44,436 nt of DNA from the IMG/VR virus record IMGVR_UViG_3300040801_004946. The stretch is one strand, 5' to 3'. Below are positions 8,954 to 17,735 of the stretch, piece by piece. Each line of letters begins with the position of its first letter. Position 1 is the first letter of the stretch. A model generated the notes under the pieces. The model was not told where the DNA came from, searched no databases, and saw nothing but the letters and a program-made list of their open reading frames with translations. This DNA comes from a virus. Both the position numbers and the translations under genes were made by a program.

Positions 8954-11900
8954 TCTAAACTTGAATCTTGTACGATTGTTGCACCAATTTCATTAAATGT
9001 ACCTACTCCAGTTATCGTTCCATTGATATAAGTTGTTGTATACGAAACAATATTAATTACAGTAGAATAAAAAGATGTAACTTTAAATGCATCATTAGAT
9101 GGATTAGGAATTATCATGATACAATTATCAAATATAAGTGTCATTGTATATGTTAGTGTTCCAACAGAATTTAGTGCTACTGCTTCATATGTTCCAGCTG
9201 CATTTGTCGATTCAAATCTTGTTCCAACGAATCTTGCTTTAATTTCTGCACCTGCGGTAGTGTCACAAATACCATACATTGCCCATCTATTTGATATTAT
9301 ATGTTTAACATTAAATGTTATAACAGGTCTATTTGATGATGTTGCAATAGAATCTATATAAACTGCAGTTCCACCAAGTCGAGCATCAATTATGTCACAA
9401 TCAAATCGTATGTTTGGATTATTACTGAAATCATCGACTTGTATATCAATAAGTGATAAAGTACCAGCGGTAGATTTTATTATAGTAGGACATTTTACAT
9501 GTATATCATATAAATATTTTGGTCCTGATGCAATATCAATAACTATAATTTCTTCTCCAGTTGCAGTTTGATCTATTTTTTCTGAAACATCAAGAGTTAA
9601 TTTACTAGATGTTGAAGTTGATAACCCTGTAAAATTAATTGATTGAGTTAGTGTAACACTCTTACATTGAATCATTGTATCAGCAGTTGCTGAAAGTGTG
9701 TTTGGAGTAAAGAATGATGAAGTATTAAATACGCCATGTCCATACACATTTGCATCTGTACTATTCCAACTAAAAACATTTGTAGTTGCTGAAACAAACG
9801 TTCCTTCATGGAAATATAAATCAACATAGTCTTCCATTCCTAATGGCAATGATAATGAATATGATCCAGGTAAAATCTCAATTTTTATTCTATTTGCTGC
9901 TGTTGCGACTAATGCTGCTGCTGTTATTGCAGTTTGAATATTATTATATGGTTTCAATGGATCATATAATGCTGGAGTATGCGAAATTGTTCCATCAACT
10001 ACATACGCAGCACCAAGATGTGTAGCAGCATATTCAGCAACCCAACTAGAACCATTATAAGATAAATAACTGCCACTTGTTGATGCAGACGTGTCGACAT
10101 CTGAATGTGTGTCAATAGAACCATCTGCAGAAATCTTTGCAGTGTTAGCTGTAACATCTGTGTTTGCAGAAACTCTAGCTTCTGTGTAATATAAATTAGT
10201 TGAACCTTCAGCTAAATCGTCTGTATCAGCTGGTCCAGATGAACCAGATGTTGATGCTTCAAGTATTGCGTTATCAACATAAGAAATGCTAGCAGTTTCA
10301 ACAAACTCTATATCAGGGTTATTTATAGCATCAGTATTTGATGTTCTAAATGTATCAGCATTACTTATTGCTTCTTCAACTATAATAGTTGGATCTTCCC
10401 AAGATGGATCAGCTTTCCACATACTTATTGCTGTTGTAGTTCCTCCAGATTGATCAATGAATCTTGGTCTTACTAATTTGATAAATGACGGATCGTTGTT
10501 ATCAAGTGCAGTTGCCATTTGTATGTGGAAACCAATGCCTTTATCTTGATCAATATAAAAATTACAATCAATAAATGTGAATTTATGACCATAACAGTCA
10601 TTATCAAGTCTTATTTCAAAACATGCTCCTCTAGCATCTTGTACTATGCCTCTATCTACATTAGCTTGAACATCTGTTATTGTTGTGAAATCGACTAATC
10701 TAGATTGACGACTCATATCAGTGTCAGTCATATCAATTGTAAACAGAGTGTTTCCAGATTTATCTACAACTACCCATTCTCCATTATCTGGATTATGAAC
10801 GGCTGGACTGATTTTAAAATCACAACGATCAAATGTAATAGTATTTCTTCTTTGCCAGAATATATTCCAAGCCATACCACCAATAAACTCTGTTCCGTGG
10901 AATTTTAGATTTGCACCTCTTAAATCTTTACTAGGATTTGATTGATTATTTCCAGTAGTTAAAAGCTTGTCAATATAAAGATCGGCTTCAGCTCTAGGTA
11001 ATGGATTAATTGAAACATCTTCAACAGTAGAAAACTGTTGTACTACAGCAGCTGAAAGGAAAACTTTTGAGTTATATGTAAATGACCAAGTATTAGAAAA
11101 TGAAGCAGATGCACTGATGTACCATTCCCCTTTACCATGGATCCAGTAATTTCCAGCACCATTTGTAAAATCTCCAAATGGTTTGTTATCTGTTCCAGAT
11201 GATCTAATTATTGTTTTTGGTTCACAATAATAATGAATCTCTGGATACGTTTTTGATCCTGAACTCGACGCAACTGAATAGAATCCGTCAAATGCTCTAA
11301 CGTATACCAAATATAAATTATCTGAATCAGCTTGATAAGCTGTATTTGCAGCGTCTGATGCGGCTTCAAATGTTAAATAAGGAGTACCACCAACTGATGC
11401 AGACGTATCATTACCATTTACACCATCAACAATTGCTATATTTGAAGCTAGGAAACTAAAACCATCAACTTCAAATCCATTTAAAGGATTAATTTTAATT
11501 TCTCCTGGTTCCCATTCAGTGCCCGACCAGGTTAAAACTTGACCAGATGTTGATGCTGCAGTTGAGCTGACATCCGAATGCGTTGATATAGATCCATCAG
11601 CTGAAACTTTAGCTGTATTTGCTGCTACATTCGTATTAGCATTTACTCTAGCTTCAGTGTAATAAAGATTAGTTGATCCTTCAGCTAAACCGTCTGTATC
11701 AACTGGTCCAGATCCTCCACCATTAGTTCCATGAAATGCTTCAACTTTTATATCTAGTTCGTCAATAGCACTTGTTACATCTGTGGCTGAAAGAGTGCTT
11801 CCGGAATTATCGTAATAATCTGTAAAAGGTAAACTAGCCCAGTTAGTTGTGCCATCACCTAGTTTATGTTTCTTAAGATCTGTATCATATCCTATTTCGC

Positions 11901-11973
11901 CAACGTCCATTACTGGATTATATGTGCTCCATTGTAGAGTAGTACCTCGTCGCATTTGAATCTTTCTAGCCAT
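8950..11973 (-). CDS. Large tail-fibre / receptor-binding-like protein (1007 aa) with an internal domain duplication
   Basis: The N-terminus MARKIQMRRGTTLQWSTYNPVMDVGEIGYDTDLKKHKLGDGTTNWASLP is the conserved N-terminal module of phage tail fibres, HylP hyaluronidase and Mtd proteins. The body is Ser/Thr/Asn/Gly-rich and looks beta-helix-like. Two ~65-aa segments are near-duplicates (GSGPVDTDGLAEGSTNLYYTEARVNANTNVAANTAKVSADGSISTHSDV and SSGPADTDDLAEGSTNLYYTEARVSANTDVTANTAKISADGSIDTHSDV). Confidence 0.7.
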   Translation of the reverse strand: MARKIQMRRGTTLQWSTYNPVMDVGEIGYDTDLKKHKLGDGTTNWASLPFTDYYDNSGSTLSATDVTSAIDELDIKVEAFHGTNGGGSGPVDTDGLAEGSTNLYYTEARVNANTNVAANTAKVSADGSISTHSDVSSTAASTSGQVLTWSGTEWEPGEIKINPLNGFEVDGFSFLASNIAIVDGVNGNDTSASVGGTPYLTFEAASDAANTAYQADSDNLYLVYVRAFDGFYSVASSSGSKTYPEIHYYCEPKTIIRSSGTDNKPFGDFTNGAGNYWIHGKGEWYISASASFSNTWSFTYNSKVFLSAAVVQQFSTVEDVSINPLPRAEADLYIDKLLTTGNNQSNPSKDLRGANLKFHGTEFIGGMAWNIFWQRRNTITFDRCDFKISPAVHNPDNGEWVVVDKSGNTLFTIDMTDTDMSRQSRLVDFTTITDVQANVDRGIVQDARGACFEIRLDNDCYGHKFTFIDCNFYIDQDKGIGFHIQMATALDNNDPSFIKLVRPRFIDQSGGTTTAISMWKADPSWEDPTIIVEEAISNADTFRTSNTDAINNPDIEFVETASISYVDNAILEASTSGSSGPADTDDLAEGSTNLYYTEARVSANTDVTANTAKISADGSIDTHSDVDTSASTSGSYLSYNGSSWVAEYAATHLGAAYVVDGTISHTPALYDPLKPYNNIQTAITAAALVATAANRIKIEILPGSYSLSLPLGMEDYVDLYFHEGTFVSATTNVFSWNSTDANVYGHGVFNTSSFFTPNTLSATADTMIQCKSVTLTQSINFTGLSTSTSSKLTLDVSEKIDQTATGEEIIVIDIASGPKYLYDIHVKCPTIIKSTAGTLSLIDIQVDDFSNNPNIRFDCDIIDARLGGTAVYIDSIATSSNRPVITFNVKHIISNRWAMYGICDTTAGAEIKARFVGTRFESTNAAGTYEAVALNSVGTLTYTMTLIFDNCIMIIPNPSNDAFKVTSFYSTVINIVSYTTTYINGTITGVGTFNEIGATIVQDSSLE

Positions 11974-12007
11974 TGTTTGTTTATTCTTTTTTTATATTTT
12001 TATATTT

Positions 12008-12853
12008 TTATACGCTTCCGCCATCAATTGGATCTTCATTTTGTGAAGCTGGATCAGGTGAACCACCATCAATTGGATCTTCATTTTGTGAAGCTGGATC
12101 AGGTGAACCACCATCAATATCACTATCAACTTCGTAAACTGAAAACTTTAAACTACCAAATCCATCAAATAATATATCATATTCATTTGTATTTACTGTA
12201 ACGGTGACAAATTCTCCTTTTGTAGTGAATGTTGTTAGATATCCATTTACATTACCAATATCAAATACAAAATCTCCAGCTACATTACCAACTATAAAAC
12301 TTGTACCATCAATCAACACTAATGCTGTTTCTCCTGCTCCACCGGTAAATGTGAAAATAAAAATATTTTTATCGAAATCAACATTTATAATATCACCTCC
12401 TGCTAATTGTATTACTCTAGATGTTGTTGTATTAGTAACAAAAACTAAATCAATTTCATCATCTGTATCAAGTTGCATTCTAGCAACTGAACCTCTCCAA
12501 TATAAAGCGTCTCCTTCTCTAACTCCGCCTTGCGGTCTAATATAATTGCCATCTGGAGAAAAATAACACCAATCTCCAGCATCTGGTCCATTTGGCACTG
12601 TTTTCCCATTTACAAAAACGCGTATACCTGTTCCCGCAAGAGGTTGTTCTTGAACTAGTATATCTGTTGCTAAATCGCCGTCAACTGTTGTCACATTGGC
12701 TGTCATTGCACGATTTTCTTTTGAATCGTATTCTTTTGATGCATTGGCATCTACATATTCTTTCGTCGCACAATCAGAAGCTAATATTGGAGTGATTAAA
12801 TTTAACTTAGGTTGTTTAATAGTTTTGTCTTCAATTTGCTTACCCTTTATCAT
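12008..12853 (-). CDS. Second tail-fibre-like protein (281 aa) with a C-terminal tandem 15-aa repeat
   Basis: The N-terminus contains ...ASDCATKEYVDA..., the D-x-ATK-x-YVD motif common in phage tail-fibre N-termini. It lies directly upstream of the 1007-aa fibre gene on the same strand. The C-terminus is DGGSPDPASQNEDPI repeated 2.2 times. Confidence 0.55.
   Translation of the reverse strand: MIKGKQIEDKTIKQPKLNLITPILASDCATKEYVDANASKEYDSKENRAMTANVTTVDGDLATDILVQEQPLAGTGIRVFVNGKTVPNGPDAGDWCYFSPDGNYIRPQGGVREGDALYWRGSVARMQLDTDDEIDLVFVTNTTTSRVIQLAGGDIINVDFDKNIFIFTFTGGAGETALVLIDGTSFIVGNVAGDFVFDIGNVNGYLTTFTTKGEFVTVTVNTNEYDILFDGFGSLKFSVYEVDSDIDGGSPDPASQNEDPIDGGSPDPASQNEDPIDGGSV
12021..12118. repeat. 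Perfect 45-bp tandem repeat (2.2 copies) encoding the C-terminus of the 281-aa fibre-like protein
   Basis: The units are ccatcaattggatcttcattttgtgaagctggatcaggtgaacca at 12021-12065 and 12066-12110, plus a partial third copy. Confidence 0.9.
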
Positions 12854-12924
12854 TGAAAAAAGTACAGTATTTTTATTATATATTTCATAAAGATACTGTA
12901 GGGAGGAAAAAAGAGAGGAAAAAA

Positions 12925-13222
12925 GAGATTGTTCCCGTAGCCACGATTCTGTTCTATACTTGCATTTATCTAAGCCTCTACCCGGAATCGGCGCCGTTCA
13001 TCCACCATATGATTCCTGTTTGAGTTGCATCCTCAGCAGTACATGCGATAATATATCCTAACAGCAAGCATTGACCGGAGTCAACCTGTGTCTTGGCATA
13101 AGCCTCAGGGTTACTGGGTTGATATATCTACTATTAACCCTTTTTCGTTTATATCTCCTGCTTTAAACGGTGATGTCGTGAGCTTCCTCAGCTTTTCAGC
13201 CGCGCAAGTTCGGAACAATCTC
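12925..13222 (-). ncRNA. rnpB: Candidate bacterial-type RNase P RNA (rnpB-like), ~300 nt
   Basis: This is a GC-richer ORF-free island (~45% GC) with flanks near 25%. The termini pair as a 12-bp P1 helix (GAGAUUGUUCCG at 13222-13211 with CGGGAACAAUCUC at 12937-12925). On the minus strand there are matches to conserved RNase P type A segments. GAGGAAGCUCACGAC matches the GAGGAAAGUCCGGGCUC P4 5' strand. GAUUCCGGGUAGAGGCUUAGA matches AACCCGGGUAGGCUGCUUGA. ACAGAAUCGUGGCUA matches the ACAGAACCCGGCUUA P4 3' strand. The proposed P4 strands can pair (UCACGA/UCGUGG). The P10-P12 region appears reduced. Confidence 0.5.
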
Positions 13223-13282
13223 AATTGTATGTAAATATAGTAATTTAAAATAAACAATTATTTATATAATGATATATAAAAT

Positions 13283-13873
13283 ATGGAGACTAAGTTTAAT
13301 TTAGATTTTGGTTCAATTGAAAAACCTCGTAGTGGAAGTTTAATAGTCTCTAATCCTATGATTGCAGACATAAACTTTTATCGAAGTGTTGTTTTATTGA
13401 CAAAATATTCTCCTGATGAAGGTGCTATTGGATTAATTCTAAATAAACCGACAATGATACATGCAAATGAAACAATGCCGGATTTAGATGAATTTGACAC
13501 TCCATTGTATCATGGCGGTCCAGTTGACCAACATGCCATGTTTATGCTGCATCGAAGAGGTGAAGTAATTGATGACGGAATTCATATTAAAGATGATTTA
13601 TATTGGGGTGGTGATTTAAAGGAAATTCAAAAATATTCATCAATAAATGTTTTAGATTCTTCAGATTTTAAATTTTTATTAGGCTATAGTAGTTGGATGC
13701 CTCATCAACTTGATTCAGAAATTCAAAAACAAGTTTGGAGTGTTTATAATAATTATGATACTTCATTAATTTTTGACAACAATACATCATCAATGTGGAG
13801 AAATGTTTTAAAAGAAATGGGTGGTAAACATAAAATGTATGCAAATTATCCTGTTGATCCCCAATTAAATTAA
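13283..13873 (+). CDS. YqgE/AlgH family protein (UPF0301/DUF179)
   Basis: LIVSNPMIADINFYRSVVLLTKYSPDEGAIGLILNKP aligns with E. coli YqgE [36 protein letters not shown]. The family motifs HGGPV...FMLH and the C-terminal LLGYSSWMPHQLDSEI (vs LYLGYAGWGPGQLEQEI) are present. Confidence 0.85.
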   Translation: METKFNLDFGSIEKPRSGSLIVSNPMIADINFYRSVVLLTKYSPDEGAIGLILNKPTMIHANETMPDLDEFDTPLYHGGPVDQHAMFMLHRRGEVIDDGIHIKDDLYWGGDLKEIQKYSSINVLDSSDFKFLLGYSSWMPHQLDSEIQKQVWSVYNNYDTSLIFDNNTSSMWRNVLKEMGGKHKMYANYPVDPQLN

Positions 13874-13878
13874 TAAAA

Positions 13879-14409
13879 ATGTTTAATCGTAGAGAATTAG
13901 AAAAATTATATACTTGCATTATTAACAATGCTGAGAGTGTTAGTTTAATTAAAAATTCTGACACTGTTACAATATCATATTTAATTAGTCCGAAAGTTGA
14001 AAATTTTGAACAACTTGAAGAAAAAAATGATTATAATTTTTCAATAATATTTGACTGGACATTTGTTAGTCATAAAGTTGATGCTGCAATATTATATTCA
14101 TTTAATGGCTATAAAGGAGTTTTTGATGCTAACGTTGATACTGATCAGATAGTTAATGATTATTTTTTCGTTTTAAATCGAACAGATTCGAATATTCAAG
14201 AACAAGAAATTAGAGATCAATATAAAGAGGTGTTAAAATTATCAGAAAAAGAAAAAGAAAAAGATGATCAAAATCGATTTCAAAGACAACCTAATGACAT
14301 GAATGATTATTTTATACGTATGTTTACACAACAACGTCAACAAGAACATCAGCGTAGATATTTAGAAGATAATGATAACGACGAACATTATAATGACCTA
14401 CCATTTTAA
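13879..14409 (+). CDS. Hypothetical protein with an acidic/Gln-rich C-terminus
   Basis: ORF only. Confidence 0.4.
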   Translation: MFNRRELEKLYTCIINNAESVSLIKNSDTVTISYLISPKVENFEQLEEKNDYNFSIIFDWTFVSHKVDAAILYSFNGYKGVFDANVDTDQIVNDYFFVLNRTDSNIQEQEIRDQYKEVLKLSEKEKEKDDQNRFQRQPNDMNDYFIRMFTQQRQQEHQRRYLEDNDNDEHYNDLPF

Positions 14410-14425
14410 ATCCGATATATAAATC

Positions 14426-15205
14426 ATGTTTTCATATATTTTTACTTATCGACAAATTGCACCAGATCGCTATCAAAATTTATTAACTACACTTGATTGG
14501 TTGAATACTGTTCCAGGAGATTTTGAGCTTGTTGTTGTTGAACAAGACGATGCTCCTAAATTGAAATTACCATCTAAATATAAATTTCCAATTGTACATG
14601 AATATGTTTACAATGCGGATTTATTTAATCGAAGTTGGGGATTTAATATTGCCACTGAAATAGCTAAATATGACATCGTAATGTTTGCAGATTCTGATAT
14701 GATTGTGCCCCAAAATTCAATAGTTGAATCAGTAAATTTAATGCAGAGTAGTGCATATAATAGTGTAAAACCATTTAATAAGATTATAGATTTATCAGCC
14801 GCCCAGATAAAAACACTTAATGCAACTCAAGATATTGGTAAATTGCAATTACCGAAAGGTGAACATAATCCAACTAGAGGTGGTTGGTGTTATTGTAGTG
14901 GTATAGTTGGTTATACTAAAGATGTGTTAGTAAAAATGCATGGTTGGGATGAAAGATTTGAAGGTTGGGGAGGAGAAGATAATATTCAGTTTTTAAAGAC
15001 TAAATTCTATGCAAAACATTTAATGTTGAAAAATAATTGTTATCATTTATATCATAGTCGTGGAAAATTTAATGGTACCAATAAACACCCAAAATATAAA
15101 AAGAATTTAGATTTATACTTTAAATATATGCGATCTCCTCATTCAATAAAAATCGATATGATTGGAAAAAATTCAGCTAATAGAAATCTCTACTCTTCTA
15201 AATAA
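14426..15205 (+). CDS. GT-A fold glycosyltransferase with a beta-1,4-galactosyltransferase-like (GT7/GT2) C-terminal domain
   Basis: LVVVEQDD opens the NDP-sugar binding strand. The DxD motif is FADSDMIVP. GGWCYCSGIVGYTKDVLVKMHGWDERFEGWGGEDNIQF matches the WGGEDDD-containing Glyco_transf_7C motif. Confidence 0.6.
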   Translation: MFSYIFTYRQIAPDRYQNLLTTLDWLNTVPGDFELVVVEQDDAPKLKLPSKYKFPIVHEYVYNADLFNRSWGFNIATEIAKYDIVMFADSDMIVPQNSIVESVNLMQSSAYNSVKPFNKIIDLSAAQIKTLNATQDIGKLQLPKGEHNPTRGGWCYCSGIVGYTKDVLVKMHGWDERFEGWGGEDNIQFLKTKFYAKHLMLKNNCYHLYHSRGKFNGTNKHPKYKKNLDLYFKYMRSPHSIKIDMIGKNSANRNLYSSK

Positions 15206-15630
15206 GCTTTTATTTTTTCAGCACAATCTGCTCCCAGGAAACGTTTTTTCAATTCATCAGATGCCGATGAAAGTTTGTATAAATTTTGGATTGATTCATG
15301 CGATGTAATAATAAATCTTCTTTTTCGGTTACTTAAAATATTACCAGATGAGTACATTATTACTTTGGAACCGCATACATATTTTTCATTGAAAAATTCA
15401 ACTACTTCATTGTCAATTGTTTGATAATGCACATCATATGCTCGAACATTTGGATCTCCTTTTAACATTTCATATATTTCATCTGTTTCATGTGTATCAA
15501 TAATCATGCACAAAATTTCGGGCCGGCTTTTAATAATTTTGGCGGCAGATTGAATTATTTTTATATGAAATGGGTTTTTTACAGTACTAAAATGAATAAT
15601 TTGATCGGCGATTTTTTTCTTTTCAGGCAT
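15190..15630 (-). CDS. Hypothetical protein (146 aa), possibly an alpha/beta nucleotide-binding fold
   Basis: ORF only. I could not name a family. Confidence 0.35.
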   Translation of the reverse strand: MPEKKKIADQIIHFSTVKNPFHIKIIQSAAKIIKSRPEILCMIIDTHETDEIYEMLKGDPNVRAYDVHYQTIDNEVVEFFNEKYVCGSKVIMYSSGNILSNRKRRFIITSHESIQNLYKLSSASDELKKRFLGADCAEKIKAYLEE

Positions 15631-15653
15631 ATAAAAGTGTTTTACTTTTTATA

Positions 15654-15959
15654 TTATATACTAGATATTCCTACAATGTTTGCTTCTTCAATTGCAATTT
15701 TTTTCACTTTCTCGATTATCATTGCAATATATCCGTCTTCATCAGAAAATTCTGCTAAGGCTTCTTTATATACTTTAATCTTTCCTTGTTGTAATCTTTT
15801 GGGCTGATCGGTTCTGGTTAACTCACACATTAAACCTTTAGCATTTGCACCATGATCATGCGCATGTCGATAAAAATCTTGTAATATAGACTCAACAGTT
15901 TCTTTTGACATAACGTTTTGATTAAAAGAAAAAAGGGCGGATTGTTGCCCGCCCTTCAC
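15654..15959 (-). CDS. Hypothetical protein (101 aa)
   Basis: ORF only. Confidence 0.35.
   Translation of the reverse strand: MKGGQQSALFSFNQNVMSKETVESILQDFYRHAHDHGANAKGLMCELTRTDQPKRLQQGKIKVYKEALAEFSDEDGYIAMIIEKVKKIAIEEANIVGISSI
15931..15958 (-). terminator. Intrinsic terminator downstream of the 15965-16792 gene
   Basis: A GC stem AAGGGCGG/CCGCCCUU followed, on the minus strand, by a T-run. Confidence 0.55.
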
Positions 15960-15964
15960 ACCGA

Positions 15965-16792
15965 TTACTTTAATTTGGTAGCCATATCGGTTGACACGTC
16001 GTATGCTTTCTTATTAACGTCGAACATACTTCCAGTAACGTTCCCGAACACTTTGTCTTTAGCGGACCTAACGTGAGTAGTATAATAGAATATTCCATTT
16101 AACCACCCAAATAAACTGCTACCAGTTTTTTTCAATTCCTTATTAATTAATTCGTTAATATTAAGGAAAATATTTTTCTTTCGTGTGCTGATTAGATGAT
16201 CTTTTGCTTTTGGATCAATATCCAGCAATTTTTTCGTTAAAATTTCAATGTCATCTTTTGTGATTTTGATGTCATTCATTTCATTGAAAATTGTATTATT
16301 TTTAGCTTCAATTTTCAAGAAATCTGAGAAATTTTCGGTATATGTAGATAAAAAAGTTTCCGAATTAACAGTGTGTGATATTTTCAGAGGTGTGATTTCT
16401 GTAAATCCGTTTCGTTGTCGTGAGATGATCATAACCGAACCAATATATGTCGTTTGTGTTCCATCATGTGCATTACCAAGTACCAGATAATTATCCACCG
16501 GAAAGGTGCCGATTGTGGATTTTGCTCCTCGCAAATATCCCATTACCTTTTTGCCACCATCAAATTCAGCGAAACCGGCATGTTTGTAACCACTTATCTT
16601 TTGTAACTCACCCAATATTTCAGCAAATTTTGCATTATTCATTGGCATATACGACTTCTTAACAACATGTAATATATTACCGTTGTCAGATCTTTGGATA
16701 GCTTGGTAATTAGGTATTTGGACATCATTTGAATAGATGTTATTAACTTCAATTTCCCACGCTAGATTCGGTACTAGATCATTCATAATCAT
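15965..16792 (-). CDS. DUF932-like 'phage/plasmid-like protein', tentative
   Basis: The N-terminal LAWEIEVNNIYSNDVQIPNYQAIQRSDNGNILHVVKKSYMPMNNAKFAEI resembles the DUF932/TIGR03299 pattern W.VE..P...V..Y.AI.R.D.G.(I)LGVV...Y.PVQN. Confidence 0.4.
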   Translation of the reverse strand: MIMNDLVPNLAWEIEVNNIYSNDVQIPNYQAIQRSDNGNILHVVKKSYMPMNNAKFAEILGELQKISGYKHAGFAEFDGGKKVMGYLRGAKSTIGTFPVDNYLVLGNAHDGTQTTYIGSVMIISRQRNGFTEITPLKISHTVNSETFLSTYTENFSDFLKIEAKNNTIFNEMNDIKITKDDIEILTKKLLDIDPKAKDHLISTRKKNIFLNINELINKELKKTGSSLFGWLNGIFYYTTHVRSAKDKVFGNVTGSMFDVNKKAYDVSTDMATKLK

Positions 16793-16850
16793 TTATTTTA
16801 AACAAATTTAGAAATATTTTCTCATAATTGAAAACATTTCATCAAAAAAT

Positions 16851-17438
16851 TTAATCAATACTGAAATATTTTTTATCTGGATCAAAATCCGGCAAATTAG
16901 CATCTTTATCAGATACAATAAATTCGTCCCAATTTGAACCATACCAATTAATATGTAATTCTTTACTTTTCCAATGTACTCCTCCATCATGTTCTGCAGA
17001 ATATGGATTTGTACATTTATATTGAACTAACGCTTCAGGAGAAGTTACAAGAAAACTATGAGCGAAGCCTTTTGGCACCCATAGTCGTTGTTTCATTGCT
17101 TGATCCAAATGAACTTGCCAACTTTTTCCAAACGTTGGACTATCATTTCTTAAATCAACAACTACATCTATAATATAGCCCTGCAAACATGCAACATATT
17201 TATCCTGAGCCATATCACCAGTTTGAAAGTGCAGTCCTCGAAGAATTTTATTAGCAGATAAACTAATATTATCTTGCACAAAATTTACTTCGTGTTGCAT
17301 TAATTCGTTAAACTGTGCTTTATTATAAGATTCATAAAAATATCCCCGTGGATCTTTGAAAACTTTTGGTGTGAACAATACTAAATCATTAGTTAGACCA
17401 TTTTTTCTGATGTCAGTAAATATTTCAATATGTTGCAT
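16851..17438 (-). CDS. rmlC: dTDP-4-dehydrorhamnose 3,5-epimerase (RmlC, cupin)
   Basis: FVQDNISLS...ILRGLHFQ, PTFGKSW and WVPKGFAHSF(LV) are the RmlC signature blocks. Confidence 0.85.
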   Translation of the reverse strand: MQHIEIFTDIRKNGLTNDLVLFTPKVFKDPRGYFYESYNKAQFNELMQHEVNFVQDNISLSANKILRGLHFQTGDMAQDKYVACLQGYIIDVVVDLRNDSPTFGKSWQVHLDQAMKQRLWVPKGFAHSFLVTSPEALVQYKCTNPYSAEHDGGVHWKSKELHINWYGSNWDEFIVSDKDANLPDFDPDKKYFSID

Positions 17439-17510
17439 AACGTACTATATTTTGTTTAGTTGTAAATATAACAAAAAGAATTCAATTAAGAAATAAACTT
17501 TAAAAAATAA

Positions 17511-17539
17511 AAAAGGTTTCCTCCCGGAAACCTTTTTTC
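17511..17539 (-). terminator. Intrinsic terminator downstream of the tandem tRNA-like genes
   Basis: A hairpin ggtttcc-tccc-ggaaacc between an A-run and a T-run, ~85 nt after the 3' end of the first tRNA-like gene on the minus strand. Confidence 0.55.
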
Positions 17540-17621
17540 ACATCAACCAAACAACCATAAATGAATTGTATTAACTTGCTAACTTTTAATATAATCCACT
17601 TGTATTTTAATAGTGGGAAGA

Positions 17622-17730
17622 GAAGGATTCGAACCCCTAAACCCGTGAAGGTAACTTACATACTAGTCGTGCAAGCCGCGACTCTCCTAGTCCATTTACG
17701 TAGACCACTTCGCCGTCTTCCCATTTGTGG
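17622..17730 (-). tRNA. tRNA-like gene (109 nt) with a canonical acceptor stem and T arm but an oversized, non-canonical interior
   Basis: The 7-bp acceptor GGGAAGA/UCUUCCC is perfect, with discriminator A and no encoded CCA. The T loop is GGUUCGAAUCC. The D-arm-like region is GCG-AAGUGGUCUA-CGU. The remaining ~60 nt do not fold as a 5-bp/7-nt anticodon arm. Instead there are extended hairpins (AGUCG-CGGCUUGCA-CGACU; ACUAG...CUAGU). Confidence 0.45.
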
Positions 17731-17735
17731 GGAGA

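Noticed and set aside
12021-12118. A diversity-generating retroelement (variable repeat / template repeat) targeting the tail-fibre C-terminus
   Set aside because: The two 45-bp copies are tandem and identical. There is no adenine-specific divergence, no spaced template repeat and no reverse transcriptase in the window.
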